Shown one piece after another: positions 39,789-52,873 of a stretch of DNA of 64,000 nt. Origin of the DNA: Anaerolineales bacterium. GTDB lineage: Bacteria > Chloroflexota > Anaerolineae > UBA1429. Where the stretch lies: the NCBI GenBank assembly GCA_046538105.1, contig JBKHJO010000003.1, forward strand, positions 4,418 to 68,417. Reading direction: 5' to 3'. The position numbers and the translations under genes are program-made. Numbering within the stretch: the stretch's first letter is position 1; every line of letters starts with the position of its first letter. The notes beneath the pieces were generated by a model that worked only from the letters and a program-made list of their open reading frames with translations, was not told where the DNA came from and did no database searches.

Positions 39789-40937
39789 CTACAACGCTCG
39801 TTCATACAGACGGTGCACCTTGTAAAAGTCGACGCCCAGTTTTTGCAGCTCGCGCAGCATCTTGTCGTTGTCACCGCGAATCTGCACCAGTTCGGCGTGC
39901 TCGAAATCTCCCATCGTGACGCTCCTGGCCAGTTCGCTAAAGAGAATCGCCGTGCCTCCGCCGCCGCGATACTTCTCTGCGATTCCCATGCCATTGATGT
40001 TGATCCACTTGGTACGCCGCTTCTCCCGCCACAGATGCCACCAGCCCAGGGGCAAAAGCCGCCCCTGGCAGCGCTGCAGAGCCGCCGATACGTCGGGATA
40101 GGCCAGCAAAAAGCCCACCAATTCCTCCCCTTTGGCCACCGCCTTGATCAAGCGGGGATCGACAAAGGCCAAAAGGCGCCGGGCCAGCATGGTGATCTCC
40201 TTCTCTGTCAACGGGATACTGTCGTCGTTGCTACCCAAAGAGTCGTTAAACAGGCGGCGGAATTTGGGCGCCAGGGCGAGCAGATGACGCCGAGAACGGA
40301 AGGAGATCACCCGCAGGCCACGTCGCTCCTGCACGCGCTCCGAGAGGCGATGTATCTTTTCTGGAAAACGGACATCGCACGGCAGATATCCAGAGAGGAT
40401 GTCATCCACCTTGCGAAAGTCGACATCCTCGACCAAGTTCTGGTAATAGGGAAGGGCATAGGGAATGCCCAGAGCCGGCCGATGCGAGAATCCCTTGATC
40501 AGCAGCCCGAGGCCATCGAGATGGCTGAAACCACGCGGCCCCCTGATACTATGCAGCCCCCGCTGACGCGCCCAGTTGAACCCCGCCCCAAACAGGGGCC
40601 GCGACGCCTCGAGAGCGTCCCTACATTCGAACAGGGCAAAAAAGGCCGCTGCGTCCCCGTGGGCCTCGTTATAGCGTCGATTATCCAACACGGCCAGGCG
40701 TCCCACCGCCTGGCCCCGATCCCGCGCCAGGAAAAAGGCGGCCTCCGAATGCTCGTAAAAGGGATGGCGCACGCGGTCCAGGACAAGGCGCGCCTGGCGA
40801 GCAAAAGGGGGCACCCACTGGGGTACGTCTTCATAGAGGGTAAAGGGCAGGGACAGAAACGCCTGAACCTGCCGCCGATCTCTCGTGTCGACTCGCACAA
40901 TCTCCAAAGGGCACCTCTCAAGAACGACCCAATTCAT
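39789..40937 (-). CDS. tandem GNAT-fold protein (YghO-like)
   Basis: LYEDVPQWVPP, HPFY, VGR, FFALFE, RGP, GLLIKGF, PYY, YRGGG, HRLYE. Confidence 0.7.
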   Translation of the reverse strand: MNWVVLERCPLEIVRVDTRDRRQVQAFLSLPFTLYEDVPQWVPPFARQARLVLDRVRHPFYEHSEAAFFLARDRGQAVGRLAVLDNRRYNEAHGDAAAFFALFECRDALEASRPLFGAGFNWARQRGLHSIRGPRGFSHLDGLGLLIKGFSHRPALGIPYALPYYQNLVEDVDFRKVDDILSGYLPCDVRFPEKIHRLSERVQERRGLRVISFRSRRHLLALAPKFRRLFNDSLGSNDDSIPLTEKEITMLARRLLAFVDPRLIKAVAKGEELVGFLLAYPDVSAALQRCQGRLLPLGWWHLWREKRRTKWININGMGIAEKYRGGGGTAILFSELARSVTMGDFEHAELVQIRGDNDKMLRELQKLGVDFYKVHRLYERAL

Positions 40938-41036
40938 AACCTCTGGAGATTATACTGAGGCCCATGCCAAACCCCAAACGGATTTGCTGTATGCGATCTT
41001 ACTGTTACAATGGGCGAGACTGCAAAGCGACGATTT

Positions 41037-41113
41037 TTGACAAAGGGGCCACCAATTCCTATAATTAGGTTTCCTTTAGAATTTACCGGTAATATATTTA
41101 GGATGTACCTAAA
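41037..41113 (+). promoter_or_regulatory. sigma-70 promoter plus palindromic operator for the DtxR/MntR gene
   Basis: TTGACA (41037), 17 nt, TATAAT (41060); palindrome TTTAGG-ATGTA-CCTAAA (41097-41113) abutting the ATG. Confidence 0.65.
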
Positions 41114-41797
41114 ATGAGTGCGCAAATGTTGACCGAAAGTTCACAGATGTATCTGCTGGAAATCGTTCGCCTGCGAGATGGGGACGCGCCGGTTCCCCTG
41201 TCGCGTCTGGCCGAGGAACTCTCTGTATCCCCCGTCTCTGTGAACGAGATGTGTCGCAAACTCCAGGAACAGGGCCTGGTCATCTATCGTCCCTACAAGG
41301 GGGCCTCGTTGACACCAGAGGGAGAGCGCCAGGCCCATCGTGTTCTGCGGAAACATCGCCTATGGGAGGTCTTTTTGGTGGAGAAACTGGGCTATGCCTA
41401 CAACCAAGCCCACGAGGCGGCCTGTCAACTGGAACACGGCACGTCCGATCTCCTGGCCGACCGCCTCGACGAATATCTGGACCATCCCTCAACAAATCCC
41501 CTGGGGCAACCCATCCCCTGTCTGGAGGGCGAAATGCCCCTGCGCAAGACCCTCTCCCTCGCCGAGATGTCCGTGGGACGGGAGGGGCACGTGATACAGT
41601 ATGAGGATAAGTATGAGAATGGCCGTTCGATCCCACGCGACTTTTTACGCGATAGGGGACTTTATCTGGGCAGCCCTCTCAAAGTGCTGATTACAACCGG
41701 AGATAGTATGCTGATCGAAACACCCAAAGGCCAGATCTCCCTGGCCCGCGATCTGGCAAAGGCCATCTCCGTCGAGCCGCACAAAGCCGCGGGATAG
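41114..41797 (+). CDS. DtxR/MntR-family metal-dependent regulator with FeoA domain
   Basis: YLLEI, SPVSVNEM..KL, RKHRLWEVFL, EAACQLEH, NPLGQPIP. Confidence 0.9.
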   Translation: MSAQMLTESSQMYLLEIVRLRDGDAPVPLSRLAEELSVSPVSVNEMCRKLQEQGLVIYRPYKGASLTPEGERQAHRVLRKHRLWEVFLVEKLGYAYNQAHEAACQLEHGTSDLLADRLDEYLDHPSTNPLGQPIPCLEGEMPLRKTLSLAEMSVGREGHVIQYEDKYENGRSIPRDFLRDRGLYLGSPLKVLITTGDSMLIETPKGQISLARDLAKAISVEPHKAAG

Positions 41798-41810
41798 CAG
41801 GTGGAGGGTA

Positions 41811-42707
41811 TCAATCGACCCGGGCGAAGGTGAATCCCACACAGGGCTCGGCGGGCACCTCGTCACAGTTGCACATGGGTTTAAAGACGGCCGCCTGTAC
41901 CTCCTGATAGTATTGGTTATTCGTGGTGGCCTGCCAGCCTCCGCTGATCCAATCGTTCAACAGGGAACTCCACACCCGATCCTGTAAATAGATCTCGAGG
42001 CTCACACGCGGCTCGCCAGGGGAGACAGATGTCTGGTAGCAGACATCGCGATCTGAGGGGCAGTCGGTCCAGGCTTGCTCCGCTCGTACTTCGATGACCA
42101 TCTTCCAGTTTCCACCGCCACGCGCCGCATAACTCCAGAAATCCTGAATCCTGGCCACCGATTCTGGACGGGACAGAAAGCCCAGCCCCACGCGATATTG
42201 ATGCCCATCGCTGCCCTCGACCCACTTTTCCTCTGTGACGTTACAATAGATGTTATTCTCTCCCCACTCGCCGTTATCGATGGGTACGCTCTCCAGCACA
42301 GTGACGGGGGCAGGGGTCGCCGTGGGAGCTTGGGGCGTGGCCGTGGGTTGCACGGGGGTATCGGTCGCCGGCATCGGCGTATCGGTGGGTTCTGGCGTGT
42401 CGGTTGGTGGAACAGTTGTCTCTGTGGGGGTATTCGTCGCTGTAGGAGGGAGAGACGTGGCCGTGGGAGAGGGCGTGAGTGTCTCGGTCGGCGTGGGAGG
42501 AACCTCTGTCGGCGTAAAAGTGACCGTCGGCCGTGGACGCCTGGTAAGGGTGGGTACAGTCGCCACGCGACTTGCCCTCTGGGGCAGAAACAGGGACACG
42601 ACCTGAACGATGGCCACGACGATGGCCACCCCGACAAGCACATAAAGCAATTTCCTGTTCATACCATCGGAACCTCGCGACTCTCGATCATCACCATTAT
42701 CCGTCAA
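41811..42707 (-). CDS. hypothetical membrane-anchored protein with long Pro/Thr-rich linker
   Basis: N-terminal TM helix, ~70 aa of PT/ATxTP repeats, Cys-containing C-terminal domain; strong SD. Confidence 0.7.
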   Translation of the reverse strand: MTDNGDDRESRGSDGMNRKLLYVLVGVAIVVAIVQVVSLFLPQRASRVATVPTLTRRPRPTVTFTPTEVPPTPTETLTPSPTATSLPPTATNTPTETTVPPTDTPEPTDTPMPATDTPVQPTATPQAPTATPAPVTVLESVPIDNGEWGENNIYCNVTEEKWVEGSDGHQYRVGLGFLSRPESVARIQDFWSYAARGGGNWKMVIEVRAEQAWTDCPSDRDVCYQTSVSPGEPRVSLEIYLQDRVWSSLLNDWISGGWQATTNNQYYQEVQAAVFKPMCNCDEVPAEPCVGFTFARVD

Positions 42708-42795
42708 GGGTACCTCCTCCCCTATTCAAATGAGGGTATTGTACACAGCCCGAGGGACTATGGCAAAAGGAAGTGAGGTCCTGTTATAGTCCTCA

Positions 42796-43956
42796 TCAGT
42801 GTAAATCGGGCCAGGAACGCTTGGCCTGTTGCTGGTAAGGATAGGCCTCCATGGCCTCCTCGTTCAGGGTGATACCCAGGCCCGGTGCCGTGGGCACCTG
42901 TATAGTCCCATCCCGCACCCGAAGGGGTTCCACAGCCACCTCCGCACTCGTCTCCTCGAAATTCACAAAGTATTCGGTAATACAAAAGTTGGGGATACAC
43001 GCGGCGACCTGCAGCGTGGCCGCCAAACCCACGGCGGTGCTGTTATAGTTATGGGGCGCTACGGCCACATAGTAGGGCTCGGCCATGGCCGCGATCTCTT
43101 TGAGTTCCAGGATACCGCCACAGTTGCAGACGTCGGGATTGATAATGTCGGCAGCGCCCCGCTCGAACACCTCGCGGTAGGCCGCTTTGGTATAGAGCGT
43201 CTCCCCGGTGACGATGGGAATGTCCAGTTGGCGTCTTACCTCGGTCAGGGCGGGGATATTGTCAGCGGGCACGGGCTCCTCGTACCAAAAGGGGGTATAG
43301 GCTTCCAGGGCATGGCCTACCCGCAAGGCATGCATGGGTGCCAGCCGCCGATGCCCCTCGATGAGCAGGGCCACGTCGGGGCCTACCGCCTCTCTCACAG
43401 CACGCACGTTCTCAACAGCCCGCGCCTCCACTGCCCTGTCCACAAAGAGTCGCCAGGGCCCAGGAAAAGGATCAAATTTCAGGGCGTCAAAGCCCCTTTC
43501 GACCATGGCCAGGGCGCGCTCGGCATACTCCCCCGGCGTCCGGGCATGGCCGTACCAGCCGTTGGCGTAGACGTGTACCTCCTCGCGGCAGGTGCCACCC
43601 AGCAGTTGGTGTACGGGCACACCCAACGCCTTGCCCAGGATATCCCACAGGGCCTGCTCCAAAGCACTGAGGGCGCTGTAAAGGTCCATGGAGCCCCGGC
43701 GCCCGGCAAAGTCCTCATACGCCAGCCGTGTGAACTCCTTGATCCGCCCCGGGTCCCGTCCCACCAGATAGCGCGATAGATCTTGCACGTGTTGGGCGAT
43801 GTTGCGGTCGCGGTCGAGTTGGGTATAGGCCTCCCCCCAACCTGTTATGCCTTCATCGGTCTCCACCTTGACGTACAACCAGTTCTTGCCCCCCGTCATC
43901 CCCGCCCTGTGGCTGACGGGCGAGACGAGAAACGGCTTGACGTCGCTAACGCGCAT
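42796..43956 (-). CDS. mandelate racemase/galactonate dehydratase-like enolase-superfamily enzyme
   Basis: VETDEGITGWGE, ALWDILGK, YANGW, KFDP, EEP, TGE, APHN, PGLG. Confidence 0.88.
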   Translation of the reverse strand: MRVSDVKPFLVSPVSHRAGMTGGKNWLYVKVETDEGITGWGEAYTQLDRDRNIAQHVQDLSRYLVGRDPGRIKEFTRLAYEDFAGRRGSMDLYSALSALEQALWDILGKALGVPVHQLLGGTCREEVHVYANGWYGHARTPGEYAERALAMVERGFDALKFDPFPGPWRLFVDRAVEARAVENVRAVREAVGPDVALLIEGHRRLAPMHALRVGHALEAYTPFWYEEPVPADNIPALTEVRRQLDIPIVTGETLYTKAAYREVFERGAADIINPDVCNCGGILELKEIAAMAEPYYVAVAPHNYNSTAVGLAATLQVAACIPNFCITEYFVNFEETSAEVAVEPLRVRDGTIQVPTAPGLGITLNEEAMEAYPYQQQAKRSWPDLH

Positions 43957-44103
43957 ATTCCCTCCTCGTTGCCTCATTATCTGAGAGCATTCTATATCGA
44001 GGGCAACAAGTTGGCAATGTGGAGGAGGCGCGAAAAGCGAGAGAGCAAGTGAAGGCTCGCCAGCCCGATAACCTCACCGAATGGAAAAAAGAGTTTTTGT
44101 GAT

Positions 44104-44131
44104 TTGACATTCCCAGGCCATGGCCTATAAT
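44104..44131 (+). promoter_or_regulatory. tRNA promoter
   Basis: TTGACA, 16 nt, TATAAT ending 13 nt before the tRNA. Confidence 0.75.
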
Positions 44132-44144
44132 AGAGAATAGATAC

Positions 44145-44217
44145 GCGGGTGTAGCTCAGTTGGCAGAGCATCTGCTTCCCAAGCAGAGGGTCGTGAGTTC
44201 AAGTCTCATCACCCGCT
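44145..44217 (+). tRNA. tRNA-Gly (anticodon CCC), CCA not encoded
   Basis: Acceptor GCGGGTG/CACCCGC, D-arm GCTC..GAGC, anticodon stem TCTGC/GCAGA with loop TTCCCAA, T-loop TTCAAGT, discriminator T. Confidence 0.95.
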
Positions 44218-44234
44218 CTATCTATAGCCAAGCC

Positions 44235-44288
44235 TCCGAGGGAGGGCCCGCGACTGGGGGTGGGCCCTCCCTCGGAAGTTTGTTTTTT
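44235..44288 (+). terminator. intrinsic terminator after the tRNA
   Basis: TCCGAGGGAGGGCCC..GGGCCCTCCCTCGGA followed by a T-rich run. Confidence 0.75.
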
Positions 44289-44378
44289 GGGACTGTGGCG
44301 TGTTTATCCGCCAGATTAACAGTGAAGATCACGATCTCCAACGTTGCATGATCGTTATTCCCTGAAGGAGTTTTTACT

Positions 44379-44600
44379 GTGAGCATGGACCCCCGATTTG
44401 AGGAACTGCACGGCTACGAGGCCGCAAAGAAGCGATTGAGAAATGAACCAGATCTTCAACCCTATGAGGATATCCTCATGCCCGAATGGGTGGAGAGTAC
44501 GGAACAGTGGGGCTGGATCGTGGTAACCCCGGTGGCCGAATTGGTCGACTGGGCATCCGACTTTTCGTCCGACGGAACCGACACCGTCCAAGCAGAATAA
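44379..44600 (+). CDS. small acidic hypothetical protein
   Basis: 73 aa ORF with strong SD AAGGAG. Confidence 0.5.
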   Translation: MSMDPRFEELHGYEAAKKRLRNEPDLQPYEDILMPEWVESTEQWGWIVVTPVAELVDWASDFSSDGTDTVQAE

Positions 44601-44684
44601 AGGGCGTCAAGAACGTGTAGGCGTTTCGGAACGGGGGATGCCCGTGTCTTTCAACATGCGTCCATAGGTAGAGGGTAGATAAAG

Positions 44685-45371
44685 ATGGGAATCTCGGACG
44701 ATGCTCGGGAGATAACACGCGTCCGCCGGTCGAAAGAGAAAGCGCGCGAAACCTACGATAGGATCGCCCCTTACTACCAGGCCATTGCCGGGTTCTGGGA
44801 GAGACGGACGAGACGACGCGGTCTGGCAAGGCTGGACATCCAGGCGGGCGAGACGGTGCTGGAGATCGGTTCTGGACCGGGACACAGTATGGTCTCCCTG
44901 GCAAGTGATGTTGGGCAGAGAGGTAAAGTCTGGGGCATTGATCTCTCGTTCCGTATGTGTCGCATCGCTCAGGATCGGCTCCGCACACACGATCTCCTGG
45001 AGTGGGGACAGTTGATCTGCGGTGACGGCGCGCAGTTGCCCTTTCGGGCAGCCTCTTTCGACGCCCTGTTCACGAGCTTTACCCTGGAACTATTCGATAC
45101 CCCAGAGATTCCCCGCGTCCTTGCCGAATGCAAAAGAGTATTGAGAGGATCGGGGCGCATCTGCGTCGTCTCCCTGGCCAAACCAGAGGACTTTTATCCT
45201 CTGGTTCCACTATACGAGTGGGCCCACAAGCAATTCCCTCGCCTCCTCGACTGCCGGCCCATATACACACAGAGAAGCCTTGGCGAGGCCGGTTTTCAAA
45301 CACTTGATACAGAGCGGCTTTTGTTGTGGGGGCTGCCAGTTGATATCGTATTGGCTACAACTCCCACGTGA
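44685..45371 (+). CDS. class I SAM-dependent methyltransferase (UbiE-like)
   Basis: VLEIGSGPG, GIDLS, GDGAQLPF, FD, RVLRGSG. Confidence 0.85.
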   Translation: MGISDDAREITRVRRSKEKARETYDRIAPYYQAIAGFWERRTRRRGLARLDIQAGETVLEIGSGPGHSMVSLASDVGQRGKVWGIDLSFRMCRIAQDRLRTHDLLEWGQLICGDGAQLPFRAASFDALFTSFTLELFDTPEIPRVLAECKRVLRGSGRICVVSLAKPEDFYPLVPLYEWAHKQFPRLLDCRPIYTQRSLGEAGFQTLDTERLLLWGLPVDIVLATTPT

Positions 45372-45486
45372 CACATCGCTCCATGGAGCAAGCACACTTT
45401 GACGCCCCAAAAAGGATGGGGTAATATTCCCTTTGGTAGACAGTTCCATGCACGCTCATCATAGCAAACGATAGGGAGGTGCAGCC

Positions 45487-45864
45487 ATGCGCAAGATCAC
45501 CATCACCGCTGGCGATGTTTCGATCACAGCCAGCCTGAACGATACGCACACGGCAGACGAGATATGGGATGCGTTGCCCATAGAAGCGTCGGTCAGCACA
45601 TGGGGCGACGAGATCTATTTTGGTATTCCCGTGCACCTAAGCGAAGAGGACGGCCAGGCTGTCGTGGAGGAGGGCGATCTGGGATACTGGTCCCCTGGTC
45701 ACGCCTTTTGTATCTTTTTCGGCCAGACGCCTGCCAGCCGAGGTAGCGAGATCAGGCCGGCAAGTCCCGTGAACGTGTTCGGCAAGGTGGATGGGGACGC
45801 CACGATATTCGGCGAGGTCTCCTCTGGCGCAAGGATAACCATAGAGAAAGCGGAAGAGGAATAA
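45487..45864 (+). CDS. cyclophilin-like fold protein (TM1367-like)
   Basis: ALP..TWGDEIYF, GDLGYWSPG..FCIFFG.TP, PASPVNVFG. Confidence 0.85.
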   Translation: MRKITITAGDVSITASLNDTHTADEIWDALPIEASVSTWGDEIYFGIPVHLSEEDGQAVVEEGDLGYWSPGHAFCIFFGQTPASRGSEIRPASPVNVFGKVDGDATIFGEVSSGARITIEKAEEE

Positions 45865-45913
45865 AAAAAGCCCTACCCCGATCTCGCAGCAGGTATACGA
45901 ATATGCTGTTTTC

Positions 45914-45950
45914 CAGCAAGACCCTCAAGTAATTCTTGAGGGTCTTGCTG
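45914..45950. terminator. 16-bp perfect inverted repeat between convergent genes
   Basis: CAGCAAGACCCTCAAG-TAATT-CTTGAGGGTCTTGCTG. Confidence 0.6.
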
Positions 45951-45975
45951 TGATTGTCAGGTGATAGCACGGCCT

Positions 45976-46313
45976 TTACAGCCGCAGGCGGGGATCCAGG
46001 CCATCGCCCAGCAGGTTAAAGCCCAAGACGGTAAACATGATGGCCAGTCTGGGAAAGAGCACGATGTGGGGTGCGCTAAAGATGGCATATCGTCCCTGCC
46101 CCAGCATGGCTCCCCACTCTGGCGTGGGAGTTGTGCTCCCAGCCCCAGGAAATAGCGATCGCCATCTCCCAGCGGTCTGGATGCGATCTCGTACAACGTA
46201 TCTCCTGCTACGACGGTGTACGTATCCTGCGCTTCCTGTGCACCCACGGGGGCCACGACGAGCAGGGAGGTCGCCAGCAGAACACAAACCATTGCAATGC
46301 GATAGATCTTCAC
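45976..46313 (-). pseudogene. chimeric remnant: signal peptide + LysM start fused to the C-terminus of a DppC/OppC ABC permease
   Basis: YTVVAGDTLYEIA..LGDGDRY joined to FLGLGAQLP, frameshift, then PEWGAML..FNLLGDGLDPRL. Confidence 0.75.
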
Positions 46314-46582
46314 GATCTCTCTCCTTTCCTCAGAACATTCGGGCTCGCTAACCTACATTTGAGATTTCCCCCTCCTTTCTCGTCTGCATCTGAAGACTAG
46401 TCCTGGAAAGGAACTGGCGCTCCCGCGCCCGCAAAATACACAATGCCCCAAAGCCCCCTCCAGGGACAAGTTATAAATCGGCGCCGGTTTAATATAGAAT
46501 TCTCTGTGTCAAAGCCGTTTGCAGAATAGGGCGCAAAGCGTATAATATGTAGAGAATTTTCTTGAATACGAGGAAATGATTC

Positions 46583-47002
46583 ATGCGTCGATCCCTTTGT
46601 CTTTCGTTGTTCATCGTTGCTCTTTTATGCACCCATCGGGGCTGATGATGGCCAGTAGCCGTACGCCACAGCAGGAGGCAGCATCACAGGCATCTCAGGA
46701 AGAAGGACCGACTGCCGCCTTTTGCGTGGATCTGCCCGCCACTACAACACTCTCCCCGGAAGGAGAAGGGGATTCCTCCCAATCCACGAGCACATCTGGT
46801 CCAACCATTACGCCACGCCCCACCAAGACTCTGTGGCCCACACAGGCCCCTACCCCGGCGCCGGTGGACGATCCCGGCATGGTCCATGTACCGGGCGGGG
46901 AGTTTATCTTTGGCAGTGACGAGGGCAAAGAGGATGAATCGCCGCAACAGCGCCAAGCCAGAGTTCGCATTCAGCACCATCGGTTTCCGTTGTGTGAAAT
47001 AG
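46583..47002 (+). pseudogene. internally deleted FGE-sulfatase (SUMF1-domain) secreted protein
   Basis: Out-of-frame signal peptide MRRSLCLSLFIVALLC, PT linker, domain start MVHVPGGEFIFGS..DESPQ, then in another frame the domain end IGFRCVK-stop. Confidence 0.75.
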
Positions 47003-47108
47003 CGGCCAGATACGCCCTTTTATTTTTGACCATGTCCTTGGGCTGAACTATCATCGACAAAGAGTCCGATCAAGTGATCAAACCACACCACATAGAAGGA
47101 GAGTGAGA

Positions 47109-48983
47109 ATGCAGGCTGCAAAGGAGTGGCCCGAGAGGTATGCCGATAAGACCATGAGTGCACGGGAGGCCCTGCTCCAGATCCGTAGTGGCAGCAGGAT
47201 CTTTTTGAGTCCCGGCTGTGGGGAACCCCAGCATCTGCTCAACGAACTCGTGGATCTAGGGGGCACCGCAGGACGCCTCAACGACGTGGAGATCGTGCAT
47301 ATGCTCACCATCGGCTCTGCTCCCCACGCGCGCAAGCGCTATGACCGTCACTTTCGCCACAACTCCCTTTTCGTCGGTCCGGGCGTCCGTTCGGCCGTCG
47401 CCGAGGGCCTGGCGGACTATACGCCCATCTTTCTCTCCGAGATACCCAGATTGTTCAAGAGCGGTCGCATGCCTCTGGATACGGCGCTCATTCAGGTCAC
47501 GCCACCGGACAAATTTGGCTTCTGCTCCCTGGGCGTTTCCGTGGAAGCCGTAAAGGCCGCCGCCGAGGCCGCAGATCTCGTCATCGCCCAGGTGAATCCC
47601 CAGATGCCCCGCACCCTGGGCGACAGTTTCATGCACATGGAGGACATAGATATCCTTGTGGATTACGAGGAGCCGATCCTGGAAGTAGAGTCCTCCGCCC
47701 CTGACGATGTGGCTCTGGCCATCGCCCGCCACGCCACGCGTCTGGTCGAGAATGGCTCCACCATTCAGGTGGGAATCGGAAGTGTTCCAAATGCCATCCT
47801 GTACGGCTTGTCCGACAAAAAGGATCTGGGCGTACACACCGAGATGTTCTCCGACGGCCTCATCGACCTGATCGAAGAGGGTGTGGTGAACAACTCTCAA
47901 AAGACGTTCCATCCGGGCAAGATACTGGCAACCTTTTGCGTAGGAACGCGCCGGCTGTACGATTATATCGATAACAATCCCATGTTCGAGTTCCGTACGG
48001 TGGACTATAACTCATCCCCCATCAATATCGCCCGAAATCGCAAGATGGTAGCCATCAACACGGCGCTGCAAGTGGATATCACGGGCCAGGTTTGCGCCGA
48101 TTCGCTGGGCTATAATATATACAGCGGTATCGGGGGGCAGGCTGACTTTATCCGAGGGGCGGCGCTGGCGCCAGAAGGAAAACCCATCATCGCCCTTCCT
48201 TCCACGGCCAGGGACGGCACCGTATCGCGCATCGTCCCCCACCTAAGCGAGGGAGCGGGGGTGGTGACGACGCGCGGCGACGTGCACTATGTGGTGACAG
48301 AGTACGGCGTGGCCTACCTGCACGGAAAGAGCCTGCGCGAACGGGCCACAGCCCTGATCCAGATCGCACATCCCCGCTTCCGCGAGGAACTCTTGGCGGC
48401 CGCCAAAGAACGCAAATATCTCTTTGAGGATCAGATTATCCCCGAGGGGGGCGTCTATCCGGTCGAGTTGGAACATACGTTGGAGACGAACGGGCTAGAA
48501 CTATTCTGTCGGCCGGTCAAGGCCGCCGACGAGAGGCTATTCCAAGAGTATCTGTACGATCTATCGGAACGCTCCGTCTATCTCAGATTTCTCCAGGTGC
48601 GTAAAGCCTTCCCCCACGAGTTGGCGCAGCAGTTGGTGTCCGTGGATTACGAGCAGAACCTGGGCATGATATGCACAGAGGGCACGTCGGACACCGCGCC
48701 CATCGTCGCCGCGGGGCACTGGATGCTGGATTACGATGACAACATGGCCGAGGTGGCCTTTTCCGTGGCCGACGAGTACCAGCGCAAGGGCATCGGCACC
48801 CACCTGCTCCACTTTCTCATGCGCATCGCCAGGGAAAAGGGTATTCGAGGATTCAAGGCCACGGTCATGCTGGGTAACACGGCCATGATGCGCGTGTTTC
48901 AAAAGAGCGGCTGCGTGGTGCATACGGACGTGGAGCACAGCGAGGTCGAGGTATGGTTCCGGTTCGATGAGAAGGCGGAATAA
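47109..48983 (+). CDS. acetyl-CoA hydrolase/CoA-transferase fused to a C-terminal GNAT domain
   Basis: CGEP, CSLG, QVGIG, GVHTEMF, GIGGQADF, VVTEYG; then RPV, YLRF, VDY, AEVAFSVADEYQRKGIGT. Confidence 0.9.
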   Translation: MQAAKEWPERYADKTMSAREALLQIRSGSRIFLSPGCGEPQHLLNELVDLGGTAGRLNDVEIVHMLTIGSAPHARKRYDRHFRHNSLFVGPGVRSAVAEGLADYTPIFLSEIPRLFKSGRMPLDTALIQVTPPDKFGFCSLGVSVEAVKAAAEAADLVIAQVNPQMPRTLGDSFMHMEDIDILVDYEEPILEVESSAPDDVALAIARHATRLVENGSTIQVGIGSVPNAILYGLSDKKDLGVHTEMFSDGLIDLIEEGVVNNSQKTFHPGKILATFCVGTRRLYDYIDNNPMFEFRTVDYNSSPINIARNRKMVAINTALQVDITGQVCADSLGYNIYSGIGGQADFIRGAALAPEGKPIIALPSTARDGTVSRIVPHLSEGAGVVTTRGDVHYVVTEYGVAYLHGKSLRERATALIQIAHPRFREELLAAAKERKYLFEDQIIPEGGVYPVELEHTLETNGLELFCRPVKAADERLFQEYLYDLSERSVYLRFLQVRKAFPHELAQQLVSVDYEQNLGMICTEGTSDTAPIVAAGHWMLDYDDNMAEVAFSVADEYQRKGIGTHLLHFLMRIAREKGIRGFKATVMLGNTAMMRVFQKSGCVVHTDVEHSEVEVWFRFDEKAE

Positions 48984-49160
48984 ATAGAAACCGTACCCAT
49001 TTGTCAACGTGGGTCAGCCTGGGGAGGAATCATCGCAGATGCCCCGGAAAAGGGGAGAATGTCCGTCTCGTGAACTCGTTTTTTCCTCCATATCGCTACT
49101 TCTATCCCCAGGAGGCCGAGCAGTAATGCTCGAAGGCGACCCGGTTTCCATCGCTCACGA

Positions 49161-49192
49161 GTCCCTCGAACGTTGTCGAGGGGCTTTTTTTT
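49161..49192 (+). terminator. intrinsic terminator
   Basis: GTCCCTCGA..TCGAGGGGC followed by T8. Confidence 0.7.
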
Positions 49193-49310
49193 CTTGTGTC
49201 GCTGCCACCCGCTCGGCGGCCACGGAGGGACTCTAACCGGCCAGATTTCCAAATTTCATCGAAGCGATATAACATTACACGGATGAACCACTATCAAAGG
49301 AGATAATTGC

Positions 49311-52860
<3,550 letters not shown>

Positions 52861-52873
52861 CTCCAAAAATATC

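Noticed and set aside
42300-42530. Tandem DNA repeat or CRISPR-like array
   Set aside because: This is degenerate coding sequence for a Pro/Thr linker. No constant repeat-spacer structure or cas genes were seen anywhere in the window.
44145-49214. Integrative island at tRNA-Gly
   Set aside because: No integrase. The only repeat of the tRNA 3' end I found is 9 bp (CACCCGCTC near 49206), which is expected by chance.
49220-49245. SAM-I riboswitch fragment (GGAGGGACT)
   Set aside because: The flanking ATC..GAG, GCAACC and GTGC elements are absent.
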